Source: Octopus bimaculoides
Lineage: Eukaryota
Length of the DNA: 64,000 nucleotides
Assembly: GCF_001194135.2 (NCBI RefSeq)
Contig: NC_068990.1
Span: forward strand, 93,426,006-93,490,005
Direction: 5' to 3'
Each line of letters opens with the position of its first letter. The first letter of the stretch is position 1. Positions 36,700 to 49,798 of the stretch are shown here, piece by piece. A program made the position numbers and the translations under genes. The notes beneath the pieces are model-generated. The model did not search any database, was not told the origin of the DNA, and was given only the letters and a program-made list of their open reading frames with translations.

Positions 36700-38356
36700 A
36701 GTAAAAAGGAGTGGAAGGTGGCGGCGAGTGGTTGTTGGTCATTATTAGTACACATATTTATATCACGACCTGGTCAACACCAGCGGAGAGATGTACTTGA
36801 AGAAAAGTCCTAACCTAGTTGTCTTAACAGAGAGAGGTGAGGGTGAGAGGGACGGTTTTATATAATCAAGTGGGGGGATTAAAATACATAGTGACAAGCA
36901 GGTAGAAATGTGGAGGTAAGCAGCAAAAATGTCATAGGTGTGTGTTGAAGAGTCTAACAGTAGCACTAAGCAAATGTGTTGGTGCGTGTATCACGTACAT
37001 ACGTATCAACCATTGTCAAATTGCATTATTGTCGAGAGAGAGAGAATCTAGATCACAAGATGACCATTAACGACGTTCTTTCTGTCGAGCATTCGTCATG
37101 GTTGTTCTCAGTAATGAAAATCACCAGCGTGGGGGCGGAAATATTTTCTCAGATAGACATAAGACATATATATATTTTTTTATATGACAATAAAACAAAC
37201 CGTCGGAATGGAAAGAAGAAAACAAAAGGTTGTTAATGTATAAACATTGGTGTCCAATTAACTCGAAAATGGATGCAACAGTGGCGGGTGGGGGTGGGGG
37301 GTTGGAGAGAGGAAGCCGGACTGGAAACGACAAGACGTTAATAGCAAGATCACTAAATCGGGAAATAAACAAACTGGGGGGAAAAAGTGTGTGTGTGAAA
37401 GAGAGAGTCTCTATGTGTGTGTGTGTGTGTGTGTGTGTGCGTATATGTATGCATATTTGCGTGTGCATAAGGTAGAGGAGATATAGCAATGCCTACTAAA
37501 ATGGGCGGGATTAAGAGGACCAAACAGAGATTATGTCAACAACAGCTATAAAACACACTTTACGGTGGATGCAGATATTAAGAAAAGAGTTCAGGAGGAA
37601 ATAAGATGGGGAAATAACACGAAAAGAAACAGTTGCCTGTATACATGTGTGGCATCGACGCAAACATCTGTACTCATACATTCATAGATAGATAGATAGA
37701 TAGGCACACAGACATACACATACACACAGATGAACTCAAGATGATTGTTAAAATCTCGATCTCTCACAAGATTCTTTGAGAAACGTGAAGAGATAAAACG
37801 AAAAGGAAAAGAAGAAAAACGTCAATATTGTGTTCTGACAGCGTCAGTCGGTGGTGCCAATGAGAAAAGACAGAGTGTATATTCAGAGACAGACCTATAC
37901 ACACACACATATATATAGATAGATGTATGCATGTATGTATAGACATGTAAAGAGAGATGGATAACTTACAGTATTCCAGAGACAGCTGAGAAACGGAACG
38001 GACATAACGTGGAGAGAAGTAGGGAAAAAGGTAGTAGCGGTGAGAGAAGAGATTGTCGAGGTAGTGGCGGTAGTGGTTGGAGGAGGAGGAGGAGAGTTGC
38101 GTATATGAGAGAAAAGACCACTTGGACATAGAGAGGGGGGAAGGGGAGAGAGTTCGACTGGTAGAACTAGCATACTGTCAGTGTGTCACACTGTGTATGC
38201 ATGTGTCTGTGTGTATGTATGTGTGTGCTTGCATATAACATATATGTGGACAGATAAATGATAGATGTGCACACACACACACACACATATATATATACAC
38301 ACGCATATGTGTGTGTACACATATATGTTTATGTATATGTATGTCACACTAGCATG

Positions 38357-38414
<58 letters not shown>

Positions 38415-38650
38415 AGACTGTAGTGTAGTAAATATAGTTCAAAATGCAATTAAATTTATGCCGTGTGTGTGTGACTATTTATAAGGGTTGGGTACTGACA
38501 GACGATTACGTGGTTGTGTGTATATTAACGTGCGTGCAATATCTTTACGCAGAGATGACCGTAACGGCGGCGATACACACCTGGTGAAAAGGAGTGTATG
38601 ATCCACGTTCGAATCCTGGTCGTAGCTACTTTACACCTACCCCATGGATA
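36700..38650 (-). promoter_or_regulatory. CpG-rich region around USP12/46 exon 1 (likely promoter/5' end)
   Basis: CG dinucleotides are visibly more frequent than in the CpG-poor introns; pyrimidine-rich leader upstream of the ATG on the minus strand. Judged by eye, not counted. Confidence 0.45.
37970..38005 (-). CDS. USP46: USP12/46-family deubiquitinase, candidate coding exon 1 (MSVPFLSCLWNT)
   Basis: ATG at 38005-38003, 12 codons, then a strong GTAAGT donor in phase 0, matching the phase-0 acceptor of exon 2. The length equals the 12-aa segment before GTNAS in human USP46 (MTVRNIASICNM, recalled), but sequence similarity is weak. It lies in a visibly CpG-rich stretch. An in-frame upstream ATG at 38173 could extend it to 68 aa. 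Confidence 0.6.
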
Positions 38651-38776
38651 CACTGGAGAAATCAATAACACTTGTCTTTCGTTAATGTAAACCTATGATC
38701 ATGAAATGTTATGCAGTTAATTATGTATAAAGTACACACACATACGCATATATACTTACGTGTGTGCGCGTATATG

Positions 38777-38851
<75 letters not shown>

Positions 38852-40039
38852 TTTATATGTAATATGTAATATATGTGTGTGTGTAAATATATCTATATAT
38901 ATTTACGCGTGCGCGCAGATACATACATACTCACAAACACACACACATATCCTCATCGTCATCAATTGTACATGTGGCCTTCTCTGCTGGCGTGGGTTGA
39001 GCAGTTTGTCCACGGTCTGAGTCATCCCTTATTATTGTGAGCTGGTGTTTCTCTAGACTGGTGCTCATACATGGCTTTTGACTTGGTCTCTACAGCTAGA
39101 TACCCTTCCTATCACAGGCCAATAAGCAGACAGGTTGGATAAAGAGACTTCAGAACCTTACATGCTCTCCACTCCATTGCCAGCCATTTAATAACAGTAT
39201 GTACTGAGCACATGTTGTGGATGCCAGCATTAGAGTGGTTGTCCTCACTCACCAGTTACTCTTGAGGGAGAGCAATCGGTCTCCTTACCATTGTAGGACT
39301 ACTTCGGAGGGGGGGGGGCTTGTACACAGGTAACATAGAGAGTATTCAGTGATTTAAAGACATGCAGACCAAGGGGGGAGACATAGATTGTTTTGGGAGA
39401 GCAATACTAGCAGTAAGTGGAGGTGGAGCAGCTGTGTAAGTGCTGAGAGTACTCAATAACCTGGGGCATGTGCATTTGCTGCTGGAGTGGCCAGACATAA
39501 TATTAGAAGAGAGAGAGGGAGAGAGAGGGAGAGCAATGATATCAGAAAGACAATGGAAGTTGGGTGAAAGGAGCAGTAATATGATGTAGGTGATAATTTG
39601 TGGTGGGGTTGGGTAGGGAATGACATTAACTGAGGGGCCAAAGGTATGGATGGGTGGTAATAGAAATGGCCCTGGGGGAGGAGAGAATGATGGCTGGTAA
39701 ATCAGAAGGGCAAAAGAAGCCAAACAGATGCACTAGAAAGAAGGAATTACAGAATGGTTTAATGAAGTCTTTGATATACAGGTCGAGGGAAAATGGAATG
39801 GTGGACCAATGCAGTTTCTTATACACAGGTCAGGTGAAAGGAGAGGGTGGACCAATGCAGTCTCCAATATACAGGCCTAGTAAAGGGTGAAGGAGTCAGA
39901 GTGATGAGAATGATGCAGTCAGTACTGGTGGTAGGAGAAAGAGAGAAACTGGTTTAAAAGAGGAGCAAGGGTGAGCAATAGAGTGATGTGAGTAGAGGGA
40001 GACAGCAAGATGTACGATGTACTCTTGGCAGAGCACAAG

Positions 40040-40490
40040 GTCCCCCAATCTCTAAACACTATTTTTGTGTTTGCTTTCTGCAATACTACAAATTGCAAAA
40101 CAATAGTCCTTTGTCCTCCCCTCCACGAGTGGCAGCATCTTCAGATCAGCCTTAACTGCTTCATCCCAAGTTGTCCTTCGTCTCAGCCTTCCACAAGTTC
40201 CATTGAATTCCTGGCACCTCTTCATGCAACTATCATCATTCATATGTACCCCAGGCCCCTATTAATACAGTCTTCTCTTTTGCACACAGCACTTCATTCT
40301 TCTGATGCCCAAGTTTTCCTCGCAGTACACTTGTATTCTGGCATTCATGCACACTAACAATGCACATCCAACAGAGCATCCTTGTTCCATTTCCTTCTAG
40401 CCTCTTTGCAAGGTTTTCTACACTCAAGGCCCACGTTTCACTTCTATGCAGCATTGCAGTTCAAATGCAAGTGCCACACGATCTACCCCA
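40040..40490 (-). mobile_element. RTE-type LINE ORF C-terminal remnant
   Basis: MLHRSETWALSVENLAKRLE..MLCWMC and GTCGRLRRRTTWDEAVKADLKML in the ORF track. Confidence 0.8.
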
Positions 40491-40649
40491 TTGTTGTGAA
40501 CAGCAATAATAGTTACATGATATCAATGACTTGCAGGAAAGTCATTGACATGGAAAATCTGTAGAGATGACCTTAACAAGTTACATAAACATATATGTAA
40601 ACACAGAAATATATATACATGCAAAAATTATATGTATATGTATGTATGA

Positions 40650-41080
40650 CTGATGATCACTTAAAGTAAAAGGAAAGTTGTGGAAGAGAGAGACCCAGGA
40701 AAACATGGGATGATGTTTTGAAGGCTGATCTCAAAATGTTGAATCTTACGAAACGGATGACAGAGGACCGAGATATGTGGCGCATTGTTATACTCAAGAA
40801 GAGCTGCCCACCACAACAAAATTGAAATTCTAAAACCAAGGTGCCACGTACAAAGGACTGGTGTGGGTGCTGGTGCCATTTAAAAAAAACACCTGTAATG
40901 GTGCCACATAAAAAGCACCTAGTACACTCTGTGGTGTGGTTGGTGTAAAGAAGGGCACCCAGTCATAGAAACCAAGCCAAATTGGACTATGGCACCTGAG
41001 GCAACCCCTGGCTTTACCAGTTCCTGTCAAGCCATCCAACCCATGCCAGCACGGAAAACAGACATTAAATGATGACAATG
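40650..41080 (+). mobile_element. RTE-type LINE 3' end
   Basis: RPRKTWDDVLKADLKMLNLTKRMTEDRDMWRIVILKK, then the shared ...CCAACCCATGCCAGC..TAAATGATGA tail. Confidence 0.8.
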
Positions 41081-41299
41081 AGGATGATTATATATATGTG
41101 TGTGTGTAGTAAGGCTTCAACAAGTTGAATAGCTCTTGATCAGCGAAGAGAGTAAAGATGATGTTATAATAAGACCCACAATTCTTGTTAAATACAGCTA
41201 CCCAGGGAGCAGGACATAAATTGATGACGATGATGATGATGATGGTAAAACACATTGAATGATCAGATATGTTAATGGTCACTTCTAATTTCAATCTAA

Positions 41300-42560
41300 T
41301 AATGAATTCTAATGATTGGCATATAATGTGAAAAAATAAAATATAGTAAATTTCATACAACAATAAAATTTGAACACATAATCTCAAAGACAACAAACTG
41401 TTTGCTTTAGTCATTTCAGCAATGATGGCATGTATTGTAGAGATGTTGGTCCCCATCTGCTGAGTCTATATATAGTCAGAGTGGCAATTGTGATATTGCC
41501 TCTATATCGAGATTGGCAAGTGGCTACGATTGGCAAGTTGTCTTATCAATTTTTGTGCAGTAAATATTCATGGAGCAAATGTTTGCTTGACAGAAGAAGA
41601 AGAAAAGAAAAGAAACATTTTATTGTCCTTCCACTAATGAATGCTTTCCATGGCATTTTTTCTTCCAAATTTCTTGTCTGAACGTTTGAACCACATGCTC
41701 TGATTTGCTGTTTCAAACAAAGAAATCAGATGACATGAAATGCAGAACATCTACTGGGTGCTGATCTTTCTCACTCTATTAACTCTTAAAGTACTGCTGT
41801 ACTTTCTCTGTACTCTCTCCATCCTCTTATAAACTAAAGATCTTGATGGAATGCTTTTACACCTGTTTACAATTCATAAAATGTAACCATTGCATGAATG
41901 TGGATAAAACTTACTGTGGTATGATATAACGATTGTTGGTGTACGTTGTGAATGTGATTTCTCCCTCATGTCATGTCATTTCCATCTTGTCCAATTAGGC
42001 TGAATACAGGTAAAATTGATTATACATGGATGTTTTTACATATATTTACAAGATATTGATTCCTATGCACAGGTTGTGTTTGGTCAACAATAGACCCAGA
42101 AAATCTCATACCGGAATCAGATTCTGGTGCTGCTTCCATTGACTCTTGTCTGTTTCAATTAAGGACACCATTTGACCGTCTTCATAATTGTGTCACAAAA
42201 CCATTTAGTTTTGTTTCAACAATCCCTGACAAATACTGATCATTCAATATATAATTTGTAGGAACCTTTTGTCTGTGCATCCTCCATTTGATTATAGTTT
42301 GGCAGTGATAATAATGACCAGGCAACACTACTTCTGCTCGCAGTTTTCCAACTGTCATTCCACCAAAGAATGCTTTCCGTGGCAGGTTTAACAAATTCCT
42401 TTTGTGAATGTTTGAACAAAGTGCTCTGAAGTGAAATGTTGAATGTCCTTCTAATTGAAAATTTGTTGTTTAAATTGACTTCCACTGTTGGATCTAATTC
42501 TTTCAGACAGTCTTTCAATGGTGAATATTTTATGGTTAAATGCTTCATTATTAGTTAGCT
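41300..42560 (-). mobile_element. Second, diverged decayed Ty3/Gypsy pol remnant
   Basis: 41860-42070 aligns by eye with 45590-45805; RNase H-like MKFTIFYFFTLYANH near 41350; many stops. Confidence 0.55.
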
Positions 42561-43179
42561 GTCTTGTGAATAAATACCAAAAAATTTTCCAGATTCCTAT
42601 NNNNNNNNNNNNNNNNNNNNNNNNNNNNNNNNNNNNNNNNNNNNNNNNNNNNNNNNNNNNNNNNNNNNNNNNNNNNNNNNNNNNNNNNNNNNNNNNNNNN
42701 NNNNNNNNNNNNNNNNNNNNNNNNNNNNNNNNNNNNNNNNNNNNNNNNNNNNNNNNNNNNNNNNNNNNNNNNNNNNNNNNNNNNNNNNNNNNNNNNNNNN
42801 NNNNNNNNGCCTGGTGTAGCCATCTGGTTCACCAGTCCTCAGTCAAATCGTCCAACCCATGCTAGCATGGAAAGCAGACGTTAAACAATGACTTGTCACT
42901 GTCATACAAGCAGTGTCATTCATTTCCAGTCATGGGGAAATAGAACATTACTGGGAGTGAGAGATCCCCAAATGGCTGTCATAGCATCCATCTAAAAGTG
43001 GAACAAATTGATTCAAAACCATTGATTTCACATGCTCACAGGTCATCTCAGTTCCGCCTGTCACTCTGTACTAATCGTAGAGACTCAGAGAAAGGGGTAC
43101 CTGGTGTTTTGCAAGGGTTTAACACTATAATCCAATAAGGCAGAGACGTCTCTTTATGTTGACCTCATTTGTCATTGCA

Positions 43180-46100
43180 TCTACTCAAAGTTCTAGAGCA
43201 ATGGAAGAAGAATGGCAATGTGTGCATACTTAACCAGTCGATTAGGTCTGTAACAGGACTGAACAGTCATCTGAGAGGTCATGAATGGAGAGTCAGAAAT
43301 GCCAATGTCAATGAGGAAGCACAAAATGACAGCAATCATCTGTGAAGGTGAAGTAATCATTGTGTGTGCTTGTGCATGCGTGTGTGTGTGTGAGACCATG
43401 CACATGTGTGCATGTGTGTGTGTGAGACCATGCACATGTGTGCATGTGTGTGTGTGCATGACCTTGTCTTGACATTGTGTGATAGTTGTAAACGAGTGTC
43501 ACTCTCATACAAGCAGTGTCGTTCATTTCCTTCTGTGGAAACCTGTCCAGTCATGGGGAAATAGAACATTACTTGGAAACAAGTGAGAGTTAGCGACAGG
43601 AAGGACATCCAGACATTGAAAATCTGCCTCTGTGAATTCAATCTGACCCATGCAAATATGGAAAAGTGAACATTAACACATTAATGATGATGATGATGAC
43701 GATGACGACAATGACGATGTAACATATGGAAATTCTGAGACTGAATCAATGACAATATGCCATTGGTCCAGCATTGCTGATATGGATTTGTTGCTGTGGT
43801 CCAGATGTTTTATCAAGTTCGTTAGCAATTAATCAACATGGTGCATATGACTTGTCTATGACATCTCTACATCAAACCAATTGTCGTATCTAGGACTGAT
43901 TTGTTTCATTCAGGCCATGGCTCTTACAAATTTCATTTTGTTGAGTAAGACTTTTTATTTTGTAATATTTTTAGAATTAATTACTCTATAAAAATCGGAC
44001 TCCAAAACTAATAAACTCCCAGGATAATTAATTGCATCACTTTTTATCCCGCATTTTCGGAGATGTTTGTCTTCCCTATTTAGGTTTCCTGGCCAACCAT
44101 TAACGATGTTAAATGACGATGATGATGATGATGGTAATGATGACAATTTCAGGACTGATTCCATTTCTTTGGCAGTGACTGACATTTCCATTCATAACTT
44201 CCATGTCGTTCAAATCCGGATGCAAAATGAATTCCATGACTTACATTAAAATCAGCCGAGTGTGTGATTAAGCTCAGTCCTGCAGCACGGCACCTCAGGC
44301 AAATGTCTGCAACTATAGCTCTAGGTGAACCAATGTCTTGTGAGTAAATTTGGTAGATGGAAACTGTGTGGAAGCCTGTCAAGTGTATGGGTGTGTGTAT
44401 GTTTTTGTGTTTGTCCTCCCACAGCTTGACAACTGGTGTTGGTTTGTTTACATCTCTGTAACATAGTGGTTCGGTTAAAGAAGCTGACAAAGTAAGTACC
44501 AAACTTAAAATAAGTACTGGGGTCCATTTGTTCGACTAACCCCACAAGATAGTGCTCCAGCATGGCTGCAGTCCAATGACTTGCAAAAGTAAAAGAGGTT
44601 GAATTGGCAGTCTTCATAATCCATTAGCAATTCCTTGTTTCACCATACTAAATATATTTGTATGACACCAATAACATTGCCCAACCATGCAGCGGCTGAG
44701 ATGTATATACTGGTATATACTGAGATGTAAACACTGGTATATACTGAGATGTATATACTGGTATATACTGAGATGTATACACTGGTATATACTGAGATGT
44801 ATATATACTGGTATATACATCTCTGATGAGAGAAATATGTGTGTATTATTATTAGCAGCATGTGATCAGTGATTAATTCAAAATGTTACCCATATATGAA
44901 TCCATTAAATTGGTGAAGGTCAGATATAATTGGTAATTATCTATTTGCAACCATCAATGTTGATACGCATTCAATATTTTACACAAATGAACCAATCAAT
45001 GCTCAACTCCGCTTTGATGTTGTCACAGAAGTGCAACCGTGATGCATCTGCTGCCAAAACGACTGGCAAATTTCTGTAGTAATGCGAGACTTGTGTCTTC
45101 AATTAATCACTTGACCGTTCAACTCATCAAAACTTCAGCAACAATCCTTACTTTAAATAGTACCTTTTTTGTTTGTTTGTTTGTTTGTTAAATTGACATT
45201 TCAAGTCATGACTATTTAACTGATAAAATATTATTTTTAAATTATTCAAATATTCTTCATCTGTTGCCATGGTAACAATGGTATCATCCACATACAGAGC
45301 ACAATGCTCTAATACTGATAACATTTCATTAACTGGAAAATTTTAAATGACATTCATTTGTACTTGTAAAGAGCAAAAGGTATATTTATCAGGAATAAAT
45401 TTTGTGAGTCTTCTATTAACTCAAACTGTTAAATAATCATTTTTTAAACTGATATGCCCAAGTTTTACCCACCCTCCAGTTTATAGAATAATTCATTGTA
45501 TCTTGGCACTGAATTTACGAGCTTTTGAATTCCTGTCGTTCTCTCAATCCCATTAGAAATAAGAGAGATTTTGATGAAATGCTGTGAGACCAGTATAAAA
45601 GTCATTAAAACATAATCAGTGCATGAATTTGGATAAAACTGGCTGATATGATGTGATACTCACTGTTGATGTACATAATTGAGAATGTGGTTGTTACCTG
45701 TTGTCATGTCACTTTTACTTGCCGAAGTAGGTTGAATACAAGTAAGTTGATTATACGGAAGTATAGTCACACATATTTGCAATATGTTGATCTGTTTTGC
45801 AGTTAGCCTCTGTAACTTGGTTAGTTGCACAACTATTATCAGAAAAAAGCATTCTGAAGTGTCCCTTCATCTCCTCTACTGATGTAATGCCATGTTCACA
45901 GGCAAACCTCATGGATTATCTGGACAAAAATTTCATTAGGAAAATGTTGAAGAAAATACTCAATGGACTTTGCTTATAAAAGGTTTGTGGGACTCTCACT
46001 AACGAAAGCATTGATGTAATGATCAAATATACAACCAGTCTACACCTGCTCAGAATCAATAAATCTTAATACCAAATACATCACTGGTGTCTACAAATAA
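43180..46100 (-). mobile_element. Decayed Ty3/Gypsy pol remnant (RT, RNase H, integrase), interrupted by SINEs
   Basis: Hand translation of minus strand with stops/frameshifts: SVPRYNELFYKLEGG (~45500), ALYVDDTIV..EEYLNNLKIIF (~45300-45230), NLPVVLAADAS (~45070-45040), VTAKE..IVNGWP and MKQISPRYDNW (~44190-43870), in gypsy domain order. Confidence 0.8.
44696..44826. repeat. 24-bp tandem repeat (CTGAGATGTATATACTGGTATATA) x5
   Basis: Read directly; ends in an inverted partial unit TATATACATCTC. Confidence 0.9.
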
Positions 46101-46560
46101 CACTGTTATTTCTCTCTGATTATTTTCTCCAAGTTAAAGCTCTCTTTCTCTAACTAAATCATTTATATATATAATTATGAATGAATAACATCACTAAATC
46201 CTAACTCACAGCCAGAGGTATACCTGTCATAATGCTGGAAAGTTCTTTCTAAAGTGAGGTTAAATTTTGTTTCTCACATGGAAGATATTTCTCCCAAACA
46301 ACAACAACAACACTGCCAAACCCTTTGTCATTTAAACCAGCCATATCTGATCTAATTATTCTACCTGTTTTATGTTCAAACTCACCAGATCTGACCTCTC
46401 ACACCTCCCCTACAATGTCATTCTCAAAATAAAGAGTCACATCATCAAAATCTCAACGGTATGATGCATGATTAAGTCAAAACAATCATCATCATCATCA
46501 TCGTCGTTTAACGTCCTCTTTCCATGCTGGCATGGGTTGGACAGTTTGACTGTAGAAAGG

Positions 46561-46601
<41 letters not shown>

Positions 46602-48317
46602 TTTCATTTGATGTCACATATACATTTATAAAAAGATTTATTTTTCTACATGAATAACATTTTTTCCCCCTTATGTGAACAATATTTTTCTGAGTTTCTC
46701 TGTGGTTGATTTGACACTTTACACAAACTTTCTTTTATTTTATATTTATCTGAAATTTGTCACAAATAGCTTTGAATTTGATATTTTTAATATAATTCAA
46801 TCATCATCATCATCAATAATAGTGTAAAAAAATATTCCTATTGGCCTAGTAAACCCATTCTGTCAAAAATGACAGCATTTTAAAATAAATAAGCTCAAAT
46901 TAAAATGAAATAAACACACACACACCCTACCACTGATATAGATACATACTTGACTTAGTGAGGATAATAGGTTTTTTTTATGAAAATTCTTTCAAGAATT
47001 GAATTCAAAGAGTTTGAAAATTTTCATCCCTAAAAGGAGTTTAACAGTGAACTTCATGATAAAAAATTTATGTAAACAATAGATATAATAAATGCCTAAT
47101 TTAGCAGAAAAGAAATATATATTACATGTGTGTGAGTATAATTGTCTCTCACAGGTGTCTATGTATGATGTGTTTGTGTACTTGGAAGAGGTTGTTTTTT
47201 TTTACTTTTGTTGTTCCGATTAACTTTTGCAGCTTGAATTTTGAAGAGCAGAACTAAAGATGGAAAATATTTCAAAGTCTATGAATGAGTCTTAATCACC
47301 TACAATGCCAGTTTATCTTCCTTTCTTCTGTTTCCCTTCCACTACCAGAACACTTTAGTGGGACAGCGAAAAAAAAAAAAAAAATAGATATACTTACATA
47401 TAAATACACAATCAAGTTTATTATAACAGACTACACTCTCAGAGTGGTTGGCGTTAGGAAGGGCATCCAGCTGTAGAAAGTTTGCCAGATCAGAATGAGT
47501 GTTGTGCAGCCTTCTGGCTCACCAGTGCTCAGTCAAATCGTCCAACCCATGCCAGCATGGAAAGTGGACAGCTTTAACAAGAACAGATTTTGCAACAAAT
47601 TTTGTGTTCCAACTCAAATACATTTGGATTAGGTTGTAGGTTAATAATGGTTTCTTGGTACATAGAAAATATGTTTCTCAATTTGTCATGATTTTGTTTT
47701 GTTCCTGCATTTAGTGGAGAATGAATATTATTTGTGCATCTGATTCCATTTCAGAAAATTTCAACCAAGTGGGCTACTTTTCTTTCAGTAGTCTACAAAG
47801 TAGATTTCTTTTTAGCCTAGATTTGTGAAATATTGTGAAGAGAAATACTTGACAAAATTATATGACAAACGGGGAAAATCTACTGGAATTATTTGATGGA
47901 AAAACAATCTGTCAGAAATAAAATAATGTTGACAAGTTGAACTATTATTAATAATAATAATAATTGACTGCAAGAATTCATTGCGGGGGTTCTTGAAGCA
48001 GGACCAGTAAACAAGTGTCACCCTAGTCCGCTGGCTGTGGACAGCTGACACATTCTATCACACCCAGCAAAATAAGCTGTGAGTTTTCATATGATGATGA
48101 TGATAATAATAAAAATGATTTCAAATTTTGGTACAAGGCCAGCAATTTGAGGGGAGAGGGTTAAGTTGATTAGATCGACCCCAGTATGCAACTGGTACTT
48201 ATTTTACCGACTCTGAAAGGATGAAAGGCAAAGCTGACCTGGGCGGAATTTGAATTCAGAATGTAGTTATGGCCGAAATACCACTAAGCATTTCATTGAT
48301 TCTGCCAGCTCCCTGCT

Positions 48318-48353
<36 letters not shown>

Positions 48354-49275
48354 GAACTTCTGATGAAACCTTGCACTTAAATTTTATAGAGAGTGATTTT
48401 GGTGAGAGCTTTTCTGATAATGTCAACCTCCACATGGCTCCTGTGACTACAAAGGAGAGCAAAGGGTTAGAAGTATTTCCAATTCTCAAACCTTTCCTTG
48501 ATTAAGACCAAGGCATGGATCATAATATCTAAATGCTCAACCCCGTTCTGCAACACCTTGGCCAAGTGTCTTCTATTATAACAACAAAAGCAATCCTTTC
48601 TACTCTAGGCACAAGGCCTGAAATTTGTGGGGAGGAGGATGAGTCAATTACATTGACCCCTGTGCACAACTGGTACTTATTTCATTGACCCCAGAGGGAC
48701 GAAAGGCAAAATCAACCTCAGCAGAATTTGAACTCAGAACATAGCAACAGAGGAAATGTTACTAAGCAGTTTGTGCAGCATCCCAATGAATCTGCCAGCT
48801 TAATATAATGATGATGGTGATGATGAAATCATAAATATTTATGAGGTGAAAATCTCAACAAATAATAAAAATAATTAGATAATTAATTATGACAAATAAT
48901 GATTAAATTTCTGTTTCCCACATCCAGCACCATTGTTGTAGCAGAACAAAAGAAAATTTCAATTTCAACACCTACAGATATTACCTTTTAATCATAGTGT
49001 ATTGTTAAATTGAAGTAATCTTTTCTACTCTAGGCACAAGGCCCGAAACTTTTGGGGAGGGGGTCAGTCAATTAGATCCACCCCAGTATGCAACTGGTAC
49101 TTAATTTATCAACTCTGAAAGTATGAAAGGTAAAGTCGACCTCAGTGGAGGTTGAACTTAGAATGTAAAGACAGACGAAATGCCACTAAACATTTCGCCT
49201 GGTATGCTAACGTTTCTGCCAGCTTGGCACCTTTGAATTGAAGCAATTCTTCCAGAAATTAGTATTCACACCTGG

Positions 49276-49306
<31 letters not shown>

Positions 49307-49498
49307 AATGCAAAAGTAAAACTGCTACATACATAAGGTTTTCATTTAGCAGTGCAGGACCATATATATATATATATAATATTTGATTGGAGGATATGTT
49401 AACCGCATGAAGGGATAGCTGCATCCATGGAAATACTGGTTCAATACCTAGTATTTTGGGGGAATGAATTTCCTCAAAATAATAGGTATATATAAAGC

Positions 49499-49710
49499 AT
49501 ATAGTTTATATCCATTTAAAAGAAGAGAACAAAATGGAGATTAGGAAGTTAATAATTGTTTATTATTAACAAATTGGTCACCTTCGCTTCTTATAGCTAT
49601 TTTAATTAATAGGGCCGTAAAAAGCGAAGATGAGCAATTTGTTGTTAATAATAAACGATTATCAACTTCCTAATCTCCATTTTGTTCTCTTCTTTTAAAT
49701 GGTTATAAAC

Positions 49711-49715
<5 letters not shown>
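49499..49715. repeat. About 100-bp-arm inverted repeat (fold-back)
   Basis: CCATTTAAAAGAAGAGAACAAAATGGAGATTAGGAAGTT on the left is perfectly complemented on the right; very short loop near 49600. Confidence 0.92.

Positions 49716-49796
<81 letters not shown>

Positions 49797-49798
<2 letters not shown>

Noticed and set aside
42182-42394. PRKAFFGG resembling a Polinton polB motif
   Set aside because: No downstream polB motifs were found; the flanks align with the Gypsy remnant at 45.6-45.8 kb.
45263-45276. Perfect RFX X-box GTTGCCATGGTAAC
   Set aside because: It falls inside the Gypsy RT remnant (encodes V-T-M-A-T right after YVDDTI on the minus strand), so it is most simply coincidental.
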